Source of the DNA: Felis catus
Lineage: Eukaryota
Reading direction: 5' to 3'
DNA length: 64,000 bases
NCBI RefSeq assembly: GCF_018350175.1
Contig: NC_058369.1
Location: 21,082,001-21,146,000, forward strand
The position numbers and the translations under genes are program-made. A model generated the notes under the pieces. It ran no database searches, was not told where the DNA came from, and saw nothing but the letters and a program-made list of their open reading frames with translations. This document shows, one piece after another, positions 49,367 to 61,300 of the stretch (positions are counted from its first letter, which is position 1; each line of letters opens with the position of its first letter).

Positions 49367-52300
49367 GTGAGTAGGAGCCAGTGTGGGGGACATGGTATCC
49401 AGGCCCGCTGGCCAGTGGTGGGAGCAGGGAGGGAAGTGTGCACAGATCGGGCACAGGTCTGGGGGGACACATGGGGCAGCCGATACTTGTCTGACTCCGG
49501 GCAAGACCAGAGGGCTGGGCTGTTGTGCCCAGCTCCACAGGCTGAGAGGTCTGTGTCTAGCTGCCTCGGGTGGCAGGGGTGTGTTGGCCTGCCCTCCTGT
49601 AACTGCACCCAGCCTGCCAGCCATGTGGTGTGGGCAGCCATCCCAGGGCTCCCCAGCCTGAAGTTGGGGGGTACAGAGCCAGGCCCATCCTCCTGCCCTC
49701 CCTGTCCAGACTGGGGCCTGGTCTCTCTGTGACCCTGGGGATCTGGCCTGGGGATTGGAGATAAAATCACCCCCAACCCTGGAGGGTTGTGGAACACACA
49801 TGTATGTGTGCCTGTATTTGGCCCCAGGGGTAGAATGAGGTCTACTCAACCCTACTCCCTCTGGGTAAGCAGCAGCCAACAGGAATACTCTCAAACCTAA
49901 GGGCTGCCCTTTATCAAGTGCACAGCCCCTGGGTGCACCTGGCCATTATCCTCTGGAATCTTCATGACCCCTGGACAGTGGGTCCTGTTCTCTGCCTGAG
50001 GGAGCTTAAGTTCAAGGATGATGGAGACCGGTCTGTCCAACTCTGGAGCCATACTCCCAATCACTGCCTGTGAGTCCCCAGAGAAGGGGTCCCAGTGTGT
50101 GGCTGTCAGGTCCCACGTGTGTCAGCTGCCTCCCGGCTGCCGGGCTGCAGGTCTGCTTGAGCCTCGGAGCAGGGACATTGTCCCCACTGGAGCTTCCGGA
50201 AGAGCCTCCCACCCTGAATGTGGAGATAGAGTTGCCTGGCTGGGGCCTGCCTACAGTTGAGGGTTCCCTCCACCATGAGGCCAAGTTCATTTGATTCTTG
50301 GGACAGCTGCTGCTGTCCCCATTATTATTAGTGGGCAGGCTGGGTTCCAGAGAGGAAGGACTTGTCCAGGATTCCACTGCCAGGCAGGGCCAGATCGGAG
50401 CTGGGGATGGGCAGGTTGGAGGCTGCAGGGGTGACCGATGGTTGGAAGAGCCCAGGATTCTAGGCTGCACTGAGCCCTGCAGGTGGGTTCCCGTTCCCTC
50501 CCTCCTCCATTTTTCCCACAAGTGAAATACAAGGGCATTTCATAGGCCTTGCCACCTCCCCATGTTCTGGGGACAGGGGTCGATGAGGGGCCTCACGCTG
50601 GGAATTTTTCCCTGTCAAAGACCTATGCTCTGACCACCTCTGAGTCGGTATCCTGGGGCTGGGGCTTAGCCAGCCTGGGCCAGGTCTGATGGTCCCCGGG
50701 GCTCCTATGAACAGGGAGGTGGCAATACCGGCCTTCTCTTGCATCCTCAGTCACCCGACCCTCCTGGCAATCCCTATGGTGTGAGGCCCTCTCTAAATAT
50801 TAGGAAACTGAGGCTCCAGGGGGTAAGGATGACCTGTGGGTCACACAGCCAGTGAGAGGCAGAAGCAGGACTCAAACACAGGCAGGTTCAGGCAGTAGAG
50901 GCAAGGAAGGCTTCCTGGAAGAGGGGGAGTGTTAGCTCTTGTCCATTCAAAACACCTTTTGCTTAGCGTCTCCTCTGTGCTGGTGCTGGCGGAGCCTGTA
51001 GTCTCAAGCTGGGGGTTGGAGGGAGAAGAGCCCTGATCTAGGGCAGAGAAAGCAGTTGGGGGTTCGGAGGGGGCTGCCCCTCTGAGGCAGTTTGGGTTCT
51101 GGGCCCCAGGCCCCATCTTGAGGGAATTTCTCCCACTGGCAACAGGCTTTACACCTCATGTCTCCTCAACTTCCCCAGCAACATCTGTCTCTGTGGGAAG
51201 CAGATGTTGCAAAATCAGTTCTGGATCGGAGCAGGGAGGGGGCAGCACCCAGAGCCTGGCTCAGGCGGTTCTGAGGTGCCCGGGAAAGAAGAGAATCCGA
51301 TTCAGCCCTGGGCTGTGACCCAGAGGGACCAGCGGTGACGCTGTGCACTGGGGAGGCTGGTGCCCCTTCTAGGCTGTAGGGCAGAGGGGCCCGGTGCCCG
51401 CTTCTGGTACACTCCCCACGGAAAGTATGATTCAGCCACTGACTTATCCACCCTTCACCATTTCACACACATTTCCCAATGCAGCAGCCTGAGAGTGAGT
51501 GTGTCCCCCTTGGGACACCTTCCTCCTGTGCTCACCTCCATACTCCACACCCCACCGTCCCGCCAAGAGCCGAGAAAGCGTGCTGTCTCCCTCCCCTAAA
51601 CCCTTCCATTCCTCTGAGAGCCAGTCCCCGGGCCAGTGGTGGCCACAATGGCAACTGGGCCCGGCTGGCCAGGTGGCCCTCAGGGGTGCCTTTGCCCTGA
51701 GCCAGCAGCTGCCCAGGCTTGGAGTTACCCAACTTCCTAGACATTCCCTGGCTCAGCAAAGGCTGAGCCCCAGGGTGGGGAATGAGACCACAACACTCAG
51801 CCCCACGGCTGGGCCTAAGGCCACTCTCAGCAACTTCCTTCTTTGCAGACCGCAGAGGCATGAGCGGAAAGGGCCAAATCACAACAGCAGAAAGCGGCCC
51901 TCAGATCCTCTCAGAAGGGTCATGCTGCTGTTTCTTCTCTCCTCTTGCCTTGAGAGGCCTCACACGTGTAACCTTCTAGGAAAGAGATGTTCTGGGCTCA
52001 CTCCCTTTGCACTGCAGCATGTTCAGCATTTTTTAGATTAGAATATCTTAGATTCTCTAGTCTGGGCCCTGGAACCCCAAATCCTCTCTCCCATCAACAC
52101 ACACTCTCCTATGGCCCTTTCTCCCACTTACAACGTAGACTTAAACTTCCATCCCTCCAGGGCATGGCACTGTTCTTGGGACTTTGTTGCCATGACGGTG
52201 GCCCCAGGGATAGTGGACTGGCAGGGGCTGTGGCAGGCCAGTGAGTGGGACCACAGGGCTGGGCTTTATCAGCATCCGGCACCCTCAGGGGATGGTCTCT

Positions 52301-55300
52301 TCTCTTCCCCCCACCCCCTCCCCCACCTTGGCCAGTGGTCCATTTAAAACAAACCAGTTGGCCTGGCCACTGGCCTCTCTCCTTGGCCGCTCTCTGCCTT
52401 GTCACACTTTGTCACCTGCTCCTTTCCACTTCCTGGCTTTTGCCTCTCCTGTCCCCTCTACCAGGGGCACTGCCCTGGCCAACTCTTATCCATCTTTCAG
52501 CCCCAACTCAATTGAGTCACCACCCCTGGGAAGCCGCCTGGGTCCTCACAGCTCCCTTGCGCCAGCATTGCCCACCCGATAAGTTGTGGACCTCTGGGTC
52601 CGCGTTCTTGTGTGGGGCCAGGGGCCAGGCGCCAGGCCTGGGGTCAGGACTAAGGGAACCCATGCAGACTCCCTGTGCACGTCTGCTCACACAGGCCTAC
52701 CTCTTGGGTCTGGGGCTGGCTGTTGGGTCTCTGCCCCTGGGGCAGCTGAGCAGGCCCTTGGGCTTGCTGAGAGGGTCATTTAGCAGCACAGTGGAGACAT
52801 GCTCAGGGCAAAGTGATGACCAAAGGGGTTCTGCCAGGGCCTGGGAATTGAATCGCTGTGCTCTCCCAAGCAGTGTCTGCTGTGGCATTTAGTGTTTACT
52901 CTTAAGTGAGAGGTGATAATGGACACTAGGTTGAGAATTCAGGTTCTGGTCCCTGACAGACCCAGTCTCTGGGTGGTTTGGGGCCCAGGGTTCAGTTTTG
53001 TCATCTGAATGAACTAAGGTCTAACAAAATGGCTGGGTTCTCATCACGTCAGGAGGTATAGACTCTGAGGCTTCTGGGCATATGTTTGTGGCCGTGGGCA
53101 GAAGTCCGTGGCTGTGGTATAGGGACATACCGTGGCAGGGAGGACCTGTGACAGGCAGGTTTCCCCATCTCTCACAGCTTCCCCTGTCCTCACTGGAACA
53201 GGTGGGAAACCAAGGCCTGGAGAGAAGTGCTAGGCCTTGCCTCAGTCAGAGCAGAACCAGGACTGGGTACAGGGTCCAGGCTGCCTCGCCCCAAATTCCA
53301 CTTGTTGCCCAGGTGCGGTCCAGACGCTGCGATGTGAAGACCAAGTTTGTCATGCGCATACCCTGCACCATGTGCCCTGCCATTAAGAGGCGGATGTGCC
53401 CCCCAGGCTGGCTTCGGGAGTTACCAGAGAAGATCTCACAGGACTGCCGGTGTGGATCCCCACCTCCATCCTTGTCCACTTCCAGGAGCATCCTGTAGGG
53501 TGGGGGAGGGCTGGGGGGACGAGGGAGAGCCTGGCAGGCTTGGGTGGTGAGGGCAGGGACTCACTTATTCACATGTCTGTTGCCCTTCCAGTGGGGCAGA
53601 GATAGGGAGTAGGGAAGAGGTGGGGGCAGCTGGTATTTATTGAGCACCTACTACTTGCCAGCCCTGTGCTCAGCTCCGGACCAGGCAGACAGAGAGGAGG
53701 CAGAGCCAGAGCACTGGAACCCAGTGTGGGGAGGCCAGGCTGGGGGCTGCAGAGTGGGAGTCCCTCCTGTCACCCTGCCCACCTTTGTGCCCAGCTACGA
53801 GGTGCAGCTGGGGGACTCTTTGATGTCTATGAGCGGCTGCAGCATGGAGTGCTGGAAGGACGTGGTGGAGAAGGCCTGCTGCCCCGGCTACTGGGGATCC
53901 CAGTGTTATGGTATTGGTGGGGGCCCAGCCCTGCTCCTCATACTCCAGCCCTGGGTGCCCCCATCTGTAGCTTCTGCCTGCATCACCTTCCACTCGTTCA
54001 GTAAATGGACACTGAGTGAGCACCAGCATAGCTTGGCTGCCTTGGGGAGGGGCCGGGGCTGCCCGGAGCCGCTGGGGTCAGGGGTGAATTGTAAGTTCCT
54101 AGGGGCACAGCTGAGTTCCGGGGGGGGGGGGTGGGGTTGGTTCACAGAGTGTCCTGGAGGTGCCGAGACTCCGTGTAATGGCCGTGGGACCTGCCTGGAT
54201 GGCATAGACGGGAATGGGACCTGTGTGTGCCAGGTAAGGGCCTGGTAGGGCTGGGGTGGGGGCAGTGGAGGGCTGCACTGACTTGCTGCAAATCTCTGCC
54301 AGGAAAACTTCAGTGGCTCCTCCTGCCAGGAGTGCCAAGACCCCAGCCGATTTGGACCCAACTGCCAGTCAGGTGAGTGCTGGCGGGGCAGGGGGCAGGG
54401 CCACTGCCCACCTGGGGAACTGTGGAGACCTAGTCCATGGACCCGCCCCCCAGCAGGCTCCCTCCCAGTCCCTCAGCCTGACGCTTCACCTCCAAGGACG
54501 TGAGCTTTGCCAGCTCATACCTCCAGCCCTGTACTGTTCCCAGAGGCCTTCACCAGGAAGCCACCCCCTGGGCCCCTAGGCTAGGCCAGGAGCCTCCCTT
54601 GGGCTCCCATCTCCCCTGTGGTCCTACATTACAGCCCTGTATTCTTGGGCTGGTGCCAGCTGAAACTGAGTTCTAGAAATGCAGAGGGTAGGGACTCAGT
54701 GTCCCCGTGTGTCCCTGTGTGTCCCTCCCAGTGTGCAGCTGCGTGCATGGTGTGTGCAGCCATGGGCCACTTGGAGATGGAAGCTGCCTGTGTTTTGCTG
54801 GATACACCGGAGCCCGCTGTGACCAAGGTGGGCAGGGATGCTGGGATAGGGTGGAATGGCAGCCTCCTGCTCACTGAGCTCAGTGACCAGAGCAAGAGAG
54901 GCCAGTAGGTGAGGGATGGGGCCTGAGCCTCGGCAGGACTTCTGCCCAAAGCCTAATTTCTTTCAAAGTAGGAAAGAGACACAGTGGTCTGGGGGAGGGA
55001 ATGCCATCTGAGACCTATACTGCCCAGAGGCCAAGAGAGGGTAAGGCCCTGGCCAGAGTTACACAGCAAACTGGGCAGAACATCTTCGTTCCTATCTTCC
55101 TTCCTCCCCAACCTGGAGCTCTGAGTCACCACAATACTCCCCCCTCTTCACTCAGAGCTGCCAATCTGCCAGGCCCTGAATTGTCCCCAGAACTCCCAGT
55201 GCTCTGCAGAGGCCCCTGCCTGCAGCTGCCTCCCGGGCCACACCCAGCAGGGCAGAGAATGTAGAGGTAAGTCAGCGACCTAGATGCCGGAGGCCCAAGT

Positions 55301-58300
55301 TCAGAATGACCAGGGGCTGGGAAGACATCCTTTAAACAAAAAAAAAATTTTTAAGCTTATTTATTTATTTGGAAAGAAAGAGAGAGAGAGAGAGAGAGTG
55401 AGTGCACACAAGCCGGGGAGGGGCAGAGAGAGAGGGGGAGAGAGAGAATCCCAAGCAGGTTCTGCACAGGCAGCACAGAGCTGGACTGAGGGCTCAATCT
55501 CACAGCTGTGAGATCATGACCTGAGCCAAAATCAAGAGTTGGACACTTAACCGACTGAGCCACCCAGGCGCCCCCTTTTAAACCAGCAAGTACAATCTGG
55601 CCATTTATAGCAAGTACAGCCTGCCACCGAGAGAGGCCCTGTCTCCAAGTTCTAGATCAACTTGCTCACCTCATCTTTGGGCCATTCCTGCAGACGTGAT
55701 GAGGCTCCTGGGTGCTCAGCTCACTTGGGCTCTCTCTCTCTCTGCCCTGGCAGCCCCTAATCCCTGCCAGCCATCGCCCTGTTCCCCACTGGCCCAGTGC
55801 TCGGTGAGCCCCACGGGGCAGGCACAGTGTCGCTGCCCCAAGGACTACCACGGTGACGGGACAGTGTGTCTGCCCCATGACCCGTGCACCATCAACCATG
55901 GTGGCTGCCCCATCAACTCCACCGTGTGTCTGTACCTGAGATCAGGCAAGGTGAGCCGGGCCCTGGCTCGGGCCTGTCCCGTGGTCCACCCACCCCTATT
56001 GGCTACTGGACCCTAGGCCTCTTGGCCCTCACGGGCCCCTTGGGAGCCTCAGTTGCCCCCTTTGCAAAATGGGAAGAAGATGACAGCCCTCTTCTCAGCT
56101 GGTGGGTGCACGGGCCGAGCATAGCTTTGTGGGTGCAGCAGATGCCAGTGGTTCTCACAGATGTGATGTCACCCTCCTCCCCCTGCCTGGTGGCCCAGGC
56201 CTCCTGCCAGTGTAAGCCAGGCTTGGTCAGCATCAATCACAATGCCTCTGCGGGCTGCTTTGCCTACTGTTTCCCTCATTCCTGCGACCGGTCAGCCACC
56301 TGTCAGGTGACCTCCGATGGGAAGACCAGGTAGGCACGAGAGCTTCGGGGTGGGCACCGGGGGCAGAGCAGAGAGGGTGGGCTGGGCAGGGGCAAGTGTG
56401 CACACATGCGCACCCTCAGTTCAAAGGCCCTGAGGGGACAGATGCATGAGGGCCAGGAGGTGGGGACTGGCCATACCCCTGCCCTGACCCATTCTACCCA
56501 TGTCCCTAGCTGTGTGTGCAAGGAGGGCGAGGTAGGGGATGGGCGTGCCTGCTATGGACACCTGCTCCATGAGATACAGAAGGCCAGCCAACTGGGTGTG
56601 GTATTCCTGCGGCTGAGAGTCACCCTGGCCATGTTGGGTGTGTGACCCCTACCGCCTGCCTGTGACCTTGTCCCTCATACTCACATTCTTAGGAGGGAGG
56701 GAGGGGTGGACTCTGAAAGGATGCCCTGTCTCTCTGCCCAAGAGCTATGGAAGTAGAGTGGGCCGGGGTGGGCTGTGTGATTGGAGGTGGGAGCTAGTCC
56801 CCCAAATCCTGATGCCTCTCATCTACCCTAGACCTAGGCCCAGTGCCCCCCACCCAACTCTCCAAAACATAGGACTGATGCCTGAGGTTTTCCCAGATCT
56901 ATTCTAATACATCCTCTCCCGGCTCCCAGACCAGGGCTGCCGCGAGATCCTCACCACATCGGGCCCATTTACCGTGCTGGTACCGTCCCTCTCGTCTGTC
57001 TTCTCCAGGACCATGAACGTGAGCCCTTCCCCTTGAGGAGCTGGCTGCCAGCCCTTGCCTCCTCCCTGGACCTGCCCCAGGCTTGAGGGCCCCAAGAGAG
57101 GCCACACTCTGGGGATCTGAGGCCTGGGACGCCCCTTGTCCTCTCCATTGCTTGGGCAGCGTGGCATGACAACCGCCACGGGCCCATTCGGCACCCTCGT
57201 CCCCCTTTGCCCACAGGCGTCCGTTGCCCGGCAGCTCTGCAAACAGCACATCATAGCGGGACAGCACATCCTGGAGGAATTGGGGACCCAGCAGACACGT
57301 AGGTGGTGGACACTGGATGGGCAGGAGCTCACCGTCACTTTCAACCACTTCATGGTAAGGAGGGCAACCCCAGCCTGGGGACCAGAGGTGTCACATTTGG
57401 GGGACGCTGCCTGAGCAATGGTGTGGAGGTGGAACGGAGCCTTGGGACAGGAGGCTGGCCTGTGCCGTATGAGCCAGAGGTCTCACGTCTCAGCAGAAGT
57501 ACACATACAAGTACAAAGAGCACCCCCAGCAAACATTCACCATCCAAAAGGCCAACTACCCGGCAGCCAATGGTGTCTTCCACTTGGTCACTGCTCTGCA
57601 GTGGCAGCCCCCACCAGAGCTCCCTGAGGACCCCAAGGTAAGCCAGTGCCCTCCCCTTTCTCCATCTCGTGCCACTGGGTGACCTCTGACTCCCACAGAG
57701 TTCAGAGAGTGGGCAGGGGCAGTTCTGGGCAGGAGTGGAACAGAACTCCTTCCCCTCTGAGGCTGACGCAGCCTCACCCTTTTCTCTGGGGCTCTCATGC
57801 TTGTCCCTTGCTACAGAGAACCATCGGCCAGATCCTTGCCTCTACTGAGGCCTTCAGCCGGTTTGAAACCATCCTGGAGGTGAGTTTGGGGGAATGGTCC
57901 TAGCCCATCTGATCTTTTGGCTCGGGACCCCTCATTACCCCAGAGGGATCTGGGGATCCGGAGTAGTATGGGTCTTTGCCCATGCCCTACCCTGTAACCT
58001 GCCCATCACCATCCTGAGGTCCTGTGTTAGCATGGACCCAATGCCATTGTCTCCCACTTACTCCTCGTGGGCGTTCCCTGCAGGCTGAGGGTTGTGGGGC
58101 CCAGGCAGGCCTCAGAGGTAGAGGCCGAACCTCGCTGAGCCTCCTTCTCGCTGTCACAGAACTGTGGGCTACCCTCCATCCTGGATGGGCCTGGGCCATT
58201 CACAGTGTTTGTCCCAAGCAACGAGGCTGTGGACATGTTGCGTGATGGCCGTCTGATCTACCTCTTCACAGCAGTAAGCTTGGTGGGGAGAAGGGGCTGG

Positions 58301-61300
58301 GGAGACAGGGTACCTGGGCCTCTACCCTCCCCTACCAAGCCCTCTCTCCCTTGCCAGGGTCTGTCCAAACTACAGGAGCTGGTGAAGTACCACATCTACA
58401 GCCATGGGCAGGTGAGAGGCTCTTCTCTGGAAGGGTGACCAGCTTGTACCTGCTGCTGGGCTTTTGGATGCTTGTCTGTAGGTCTTGGCCTCCCTGGGAG
58501 TCCCTTTTCCCCTCCCCATCTGTTTGGACTCTATAAGCACAGAAGAGAGTCTGGGGACCAAGGTGGTGGCTGTGAGTCACCTGGGCAGGACTGTTTGGGG
58601 CTTTACAGTGTGGCTAATGCCCAGCCTAAGGCGACACTCTCCTCTGCCTCAGCTGACCATTGAGAAGCTCATCTCCAAGGGTCGGGTCCTCACCATGGCA
58701 AACCAGGTCCTGGCTGTGAATATCTCTGAGGAGGTGAGCTCCACAAACAAAATCTGGAACAAATGGACTGATGGAGGAGCTGGTGATAACTGGCTGGTTA
58801 TGTGGTCTGTTTTGGACCTGCCTTTATGCTCTGAGCCCCATGGAGTGCAGGCCCTGGTGGGACTATGTGGGAGGCAGGCACAGATCAAATCCCTCTCCTG
58901 GGGCCCAACAGACTGGGGGGGCTCCAAAGACGTGGAGGGTGGGCACAAGGGGGGGGGGCGGTATTCCGTGTGACTTGGGGCGCAGAGGCTGGAAACCACA
59001 TGAGCAGGCACTACAGGGCTCAGGACACAGAGGCTGGAGCAGCTTTGCCAGAGCAGGAGGCTCTGGAGAGCCAGGGAGAGGGGAGAGGAGAGGGCCGGCA
59101 GGCTGGGCTGTGGGGATGAAGGAGGCATGGGCCCAGGGGTCTGCCAGGCCAGACAGGCTGCACACTGGGCTCCACCACAGGGGCGCATCCTGCTGGGACC
59201 CGAGGGGGTGCCACTACGGAGAGTGGACGTGCTGGCTGCCAATGGCGTGATCCACATGCTGGAGGGTGTCCTGCTGCCCCCGACCATCCTGCCCATCCTG
59301 CCTAAGCACTGCAACGAGGAGCAGTACAAGATCGTGGCGGTGAGCACGTGCCGCACGGTCCCAGCCTTCCTGGGGTCCCTGTTCTCCTCCAGTGGCTTTA
59401 GGGCTGGGGCCTGGGCACACACCCCACAGAGGTGCCTGCCTCCCCCACCGCCAGGTCTCAGCAGTGCTGTTGATGGTTCCTTCAAGATCACTCCTGCGTC
59501 TTCTGGCCCTTTGTCCCAGCCCTCTGCCACAGTTCTCACACTCCCACGCTAAGCTCTTCCTTCGGCCCTGGCCCTCCGACAGTTGACTCTCTCATACCTC
59601 GGGGCTTGGCTCCGTGACGCTTACTTAGGGTCTTCTGTATAAATAAACCATGACTAACCACTCTGCCCGCCACCCCCCTCCTCCTGTCGGCCCTTCCCTG
59701 CACAGGGCTCCTGTGTGGACTGCCAAGCCCTGAACACCAGCATGTGCCCCCCCAACAGCATGAAGCTGGTGAGTGTCCCTTGGCTGGGCCCTTAGGGCTG
59801 CCCAGTGAGACTTCCGTCATGGGTCAGGGTGGGGAGAAGGCCCTGTGAGGCTGGACCTGGAGGCTCAGTCCCTCTCGGCCCCACTGAGGGTGGGAATTCT
59901 GGACCCAGAGTGCTGAGTGGTCCCTGGATCAGAGCTGCCTGGCAAAAGGGGCCGGCTCAGGCCCCATACCTGCTGATCAGCTTTGCACGGCCCACCCCAG
60001 GACATCTTCCCCAAGGAGTGTGTCTACACCCATGACCCTACTGGGCTCAACGTCCTGAAGAAAGGCTGCGCTCACTACTGCAACCAGACTATCCTGGTGA
60101 GCCTGGGTGTGGGGTGCTCACTGCTGGTGAGCTGGAGCCTCCCCTCCGGGGCAGAGCAGGCTGCCTTCCTCAGAGAGCTGTGTTGCATCCCAGAGGGGCT
60201 TCATGCACCCCCTTGTTCTAGAGATGGGACCAGAGAGCAGCAGTGGCCCCAGATGGACCCTCAGACACGCTTTTGTCTCTTACAGAAACCTGGCTGCTGC
60301 AAAGGGTTTTTTGGGCCTGACTGTATACAGTGTCCTGGGGGCTTCTCCAACCCCTGCTATGGCAAAGGCACCGTGAGTCCCCCCACTGCCCTGGGGTGAG
60401 GGGTGGGAGTTGGCCAGTGACACCCTGTGTGTCTGAGTCAAGCCTGCCGCTCTGTGGTCTCAGGTTTCCAACATTTAGGCAGAGGGAGTTGGACCATATT
60501 GTTTTTAGTATTTTAATTAGAAATAATTAAGTAGATGGACTTGGGCACCTGTTTTCATGAAACCTATTTGTCAGTGCTTTTCTTGTGTGTTCTGTTTTGC
60601 CACTTGGTAGGATCGAGGGCAGGGAAGACACCCTAGGGGTTGTGTGTTTCTAGGTTGCGCAGAGGTCCCCCGTGAAGCCTCCAGGGCCGGGTGTCTTTTA
60701 GGGCCCCAGTTCTTTGGCAGCATCGGTGGCTCGGTCTCTTCCAGGGTGAGGTCTTCCGTGGGGAGCAGAAGCTCAGAGCCACCCCATGGAGGAAGAGGGT
60801 GTGGGGGAGGGCAAGGCCAGCCCCCACCCCATGACTGGTCCCTCTTCCTGTCCACCCCCAGTGCAGCGACGGGGTCCGGGGCAACGGGGCCTGCCTCTGC
60901 TTCCCAGACTACAAAGGCATCGCCTGCCACATCTGCTCTAACCCAAACAAGCATGGAGACCAGTGCCAGGAAGGTGGGTGGTCCTGGCCCAGGCTGCCTG
61001 CCAGGGAAAAAAGGCTCTGCTTGGAAAGAGGGTTGGGGACTCTCAAGAAGGGGAATAGAGCCCCAGGAGGAAGAGTGAAGGCCAGAGGGAGGAGGGGAGG
61101 ATTTGGGGACAAAAATAGATGTCTCCTTCACCCACGCCAGGATGACAGCTGTGGTTCAATCTAAAGCATGTGAGATTTAAGTCAGACACACAAAAGAACT
61201 TTCTTTTTTTTTTTCAACGTTTATTTATTTTTTGGGACAGAGAGAGACAGAGCATGAACGGGGGAGGGGCAGAGAGAGAGGGAGACACAGAATCGGAAAC

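Noticed and set aside
58649..59539. 296-aa antisense ORF across STAB1 exons 17-18
   Set aside because: GC-rich shadow ORF, no recognisable protein
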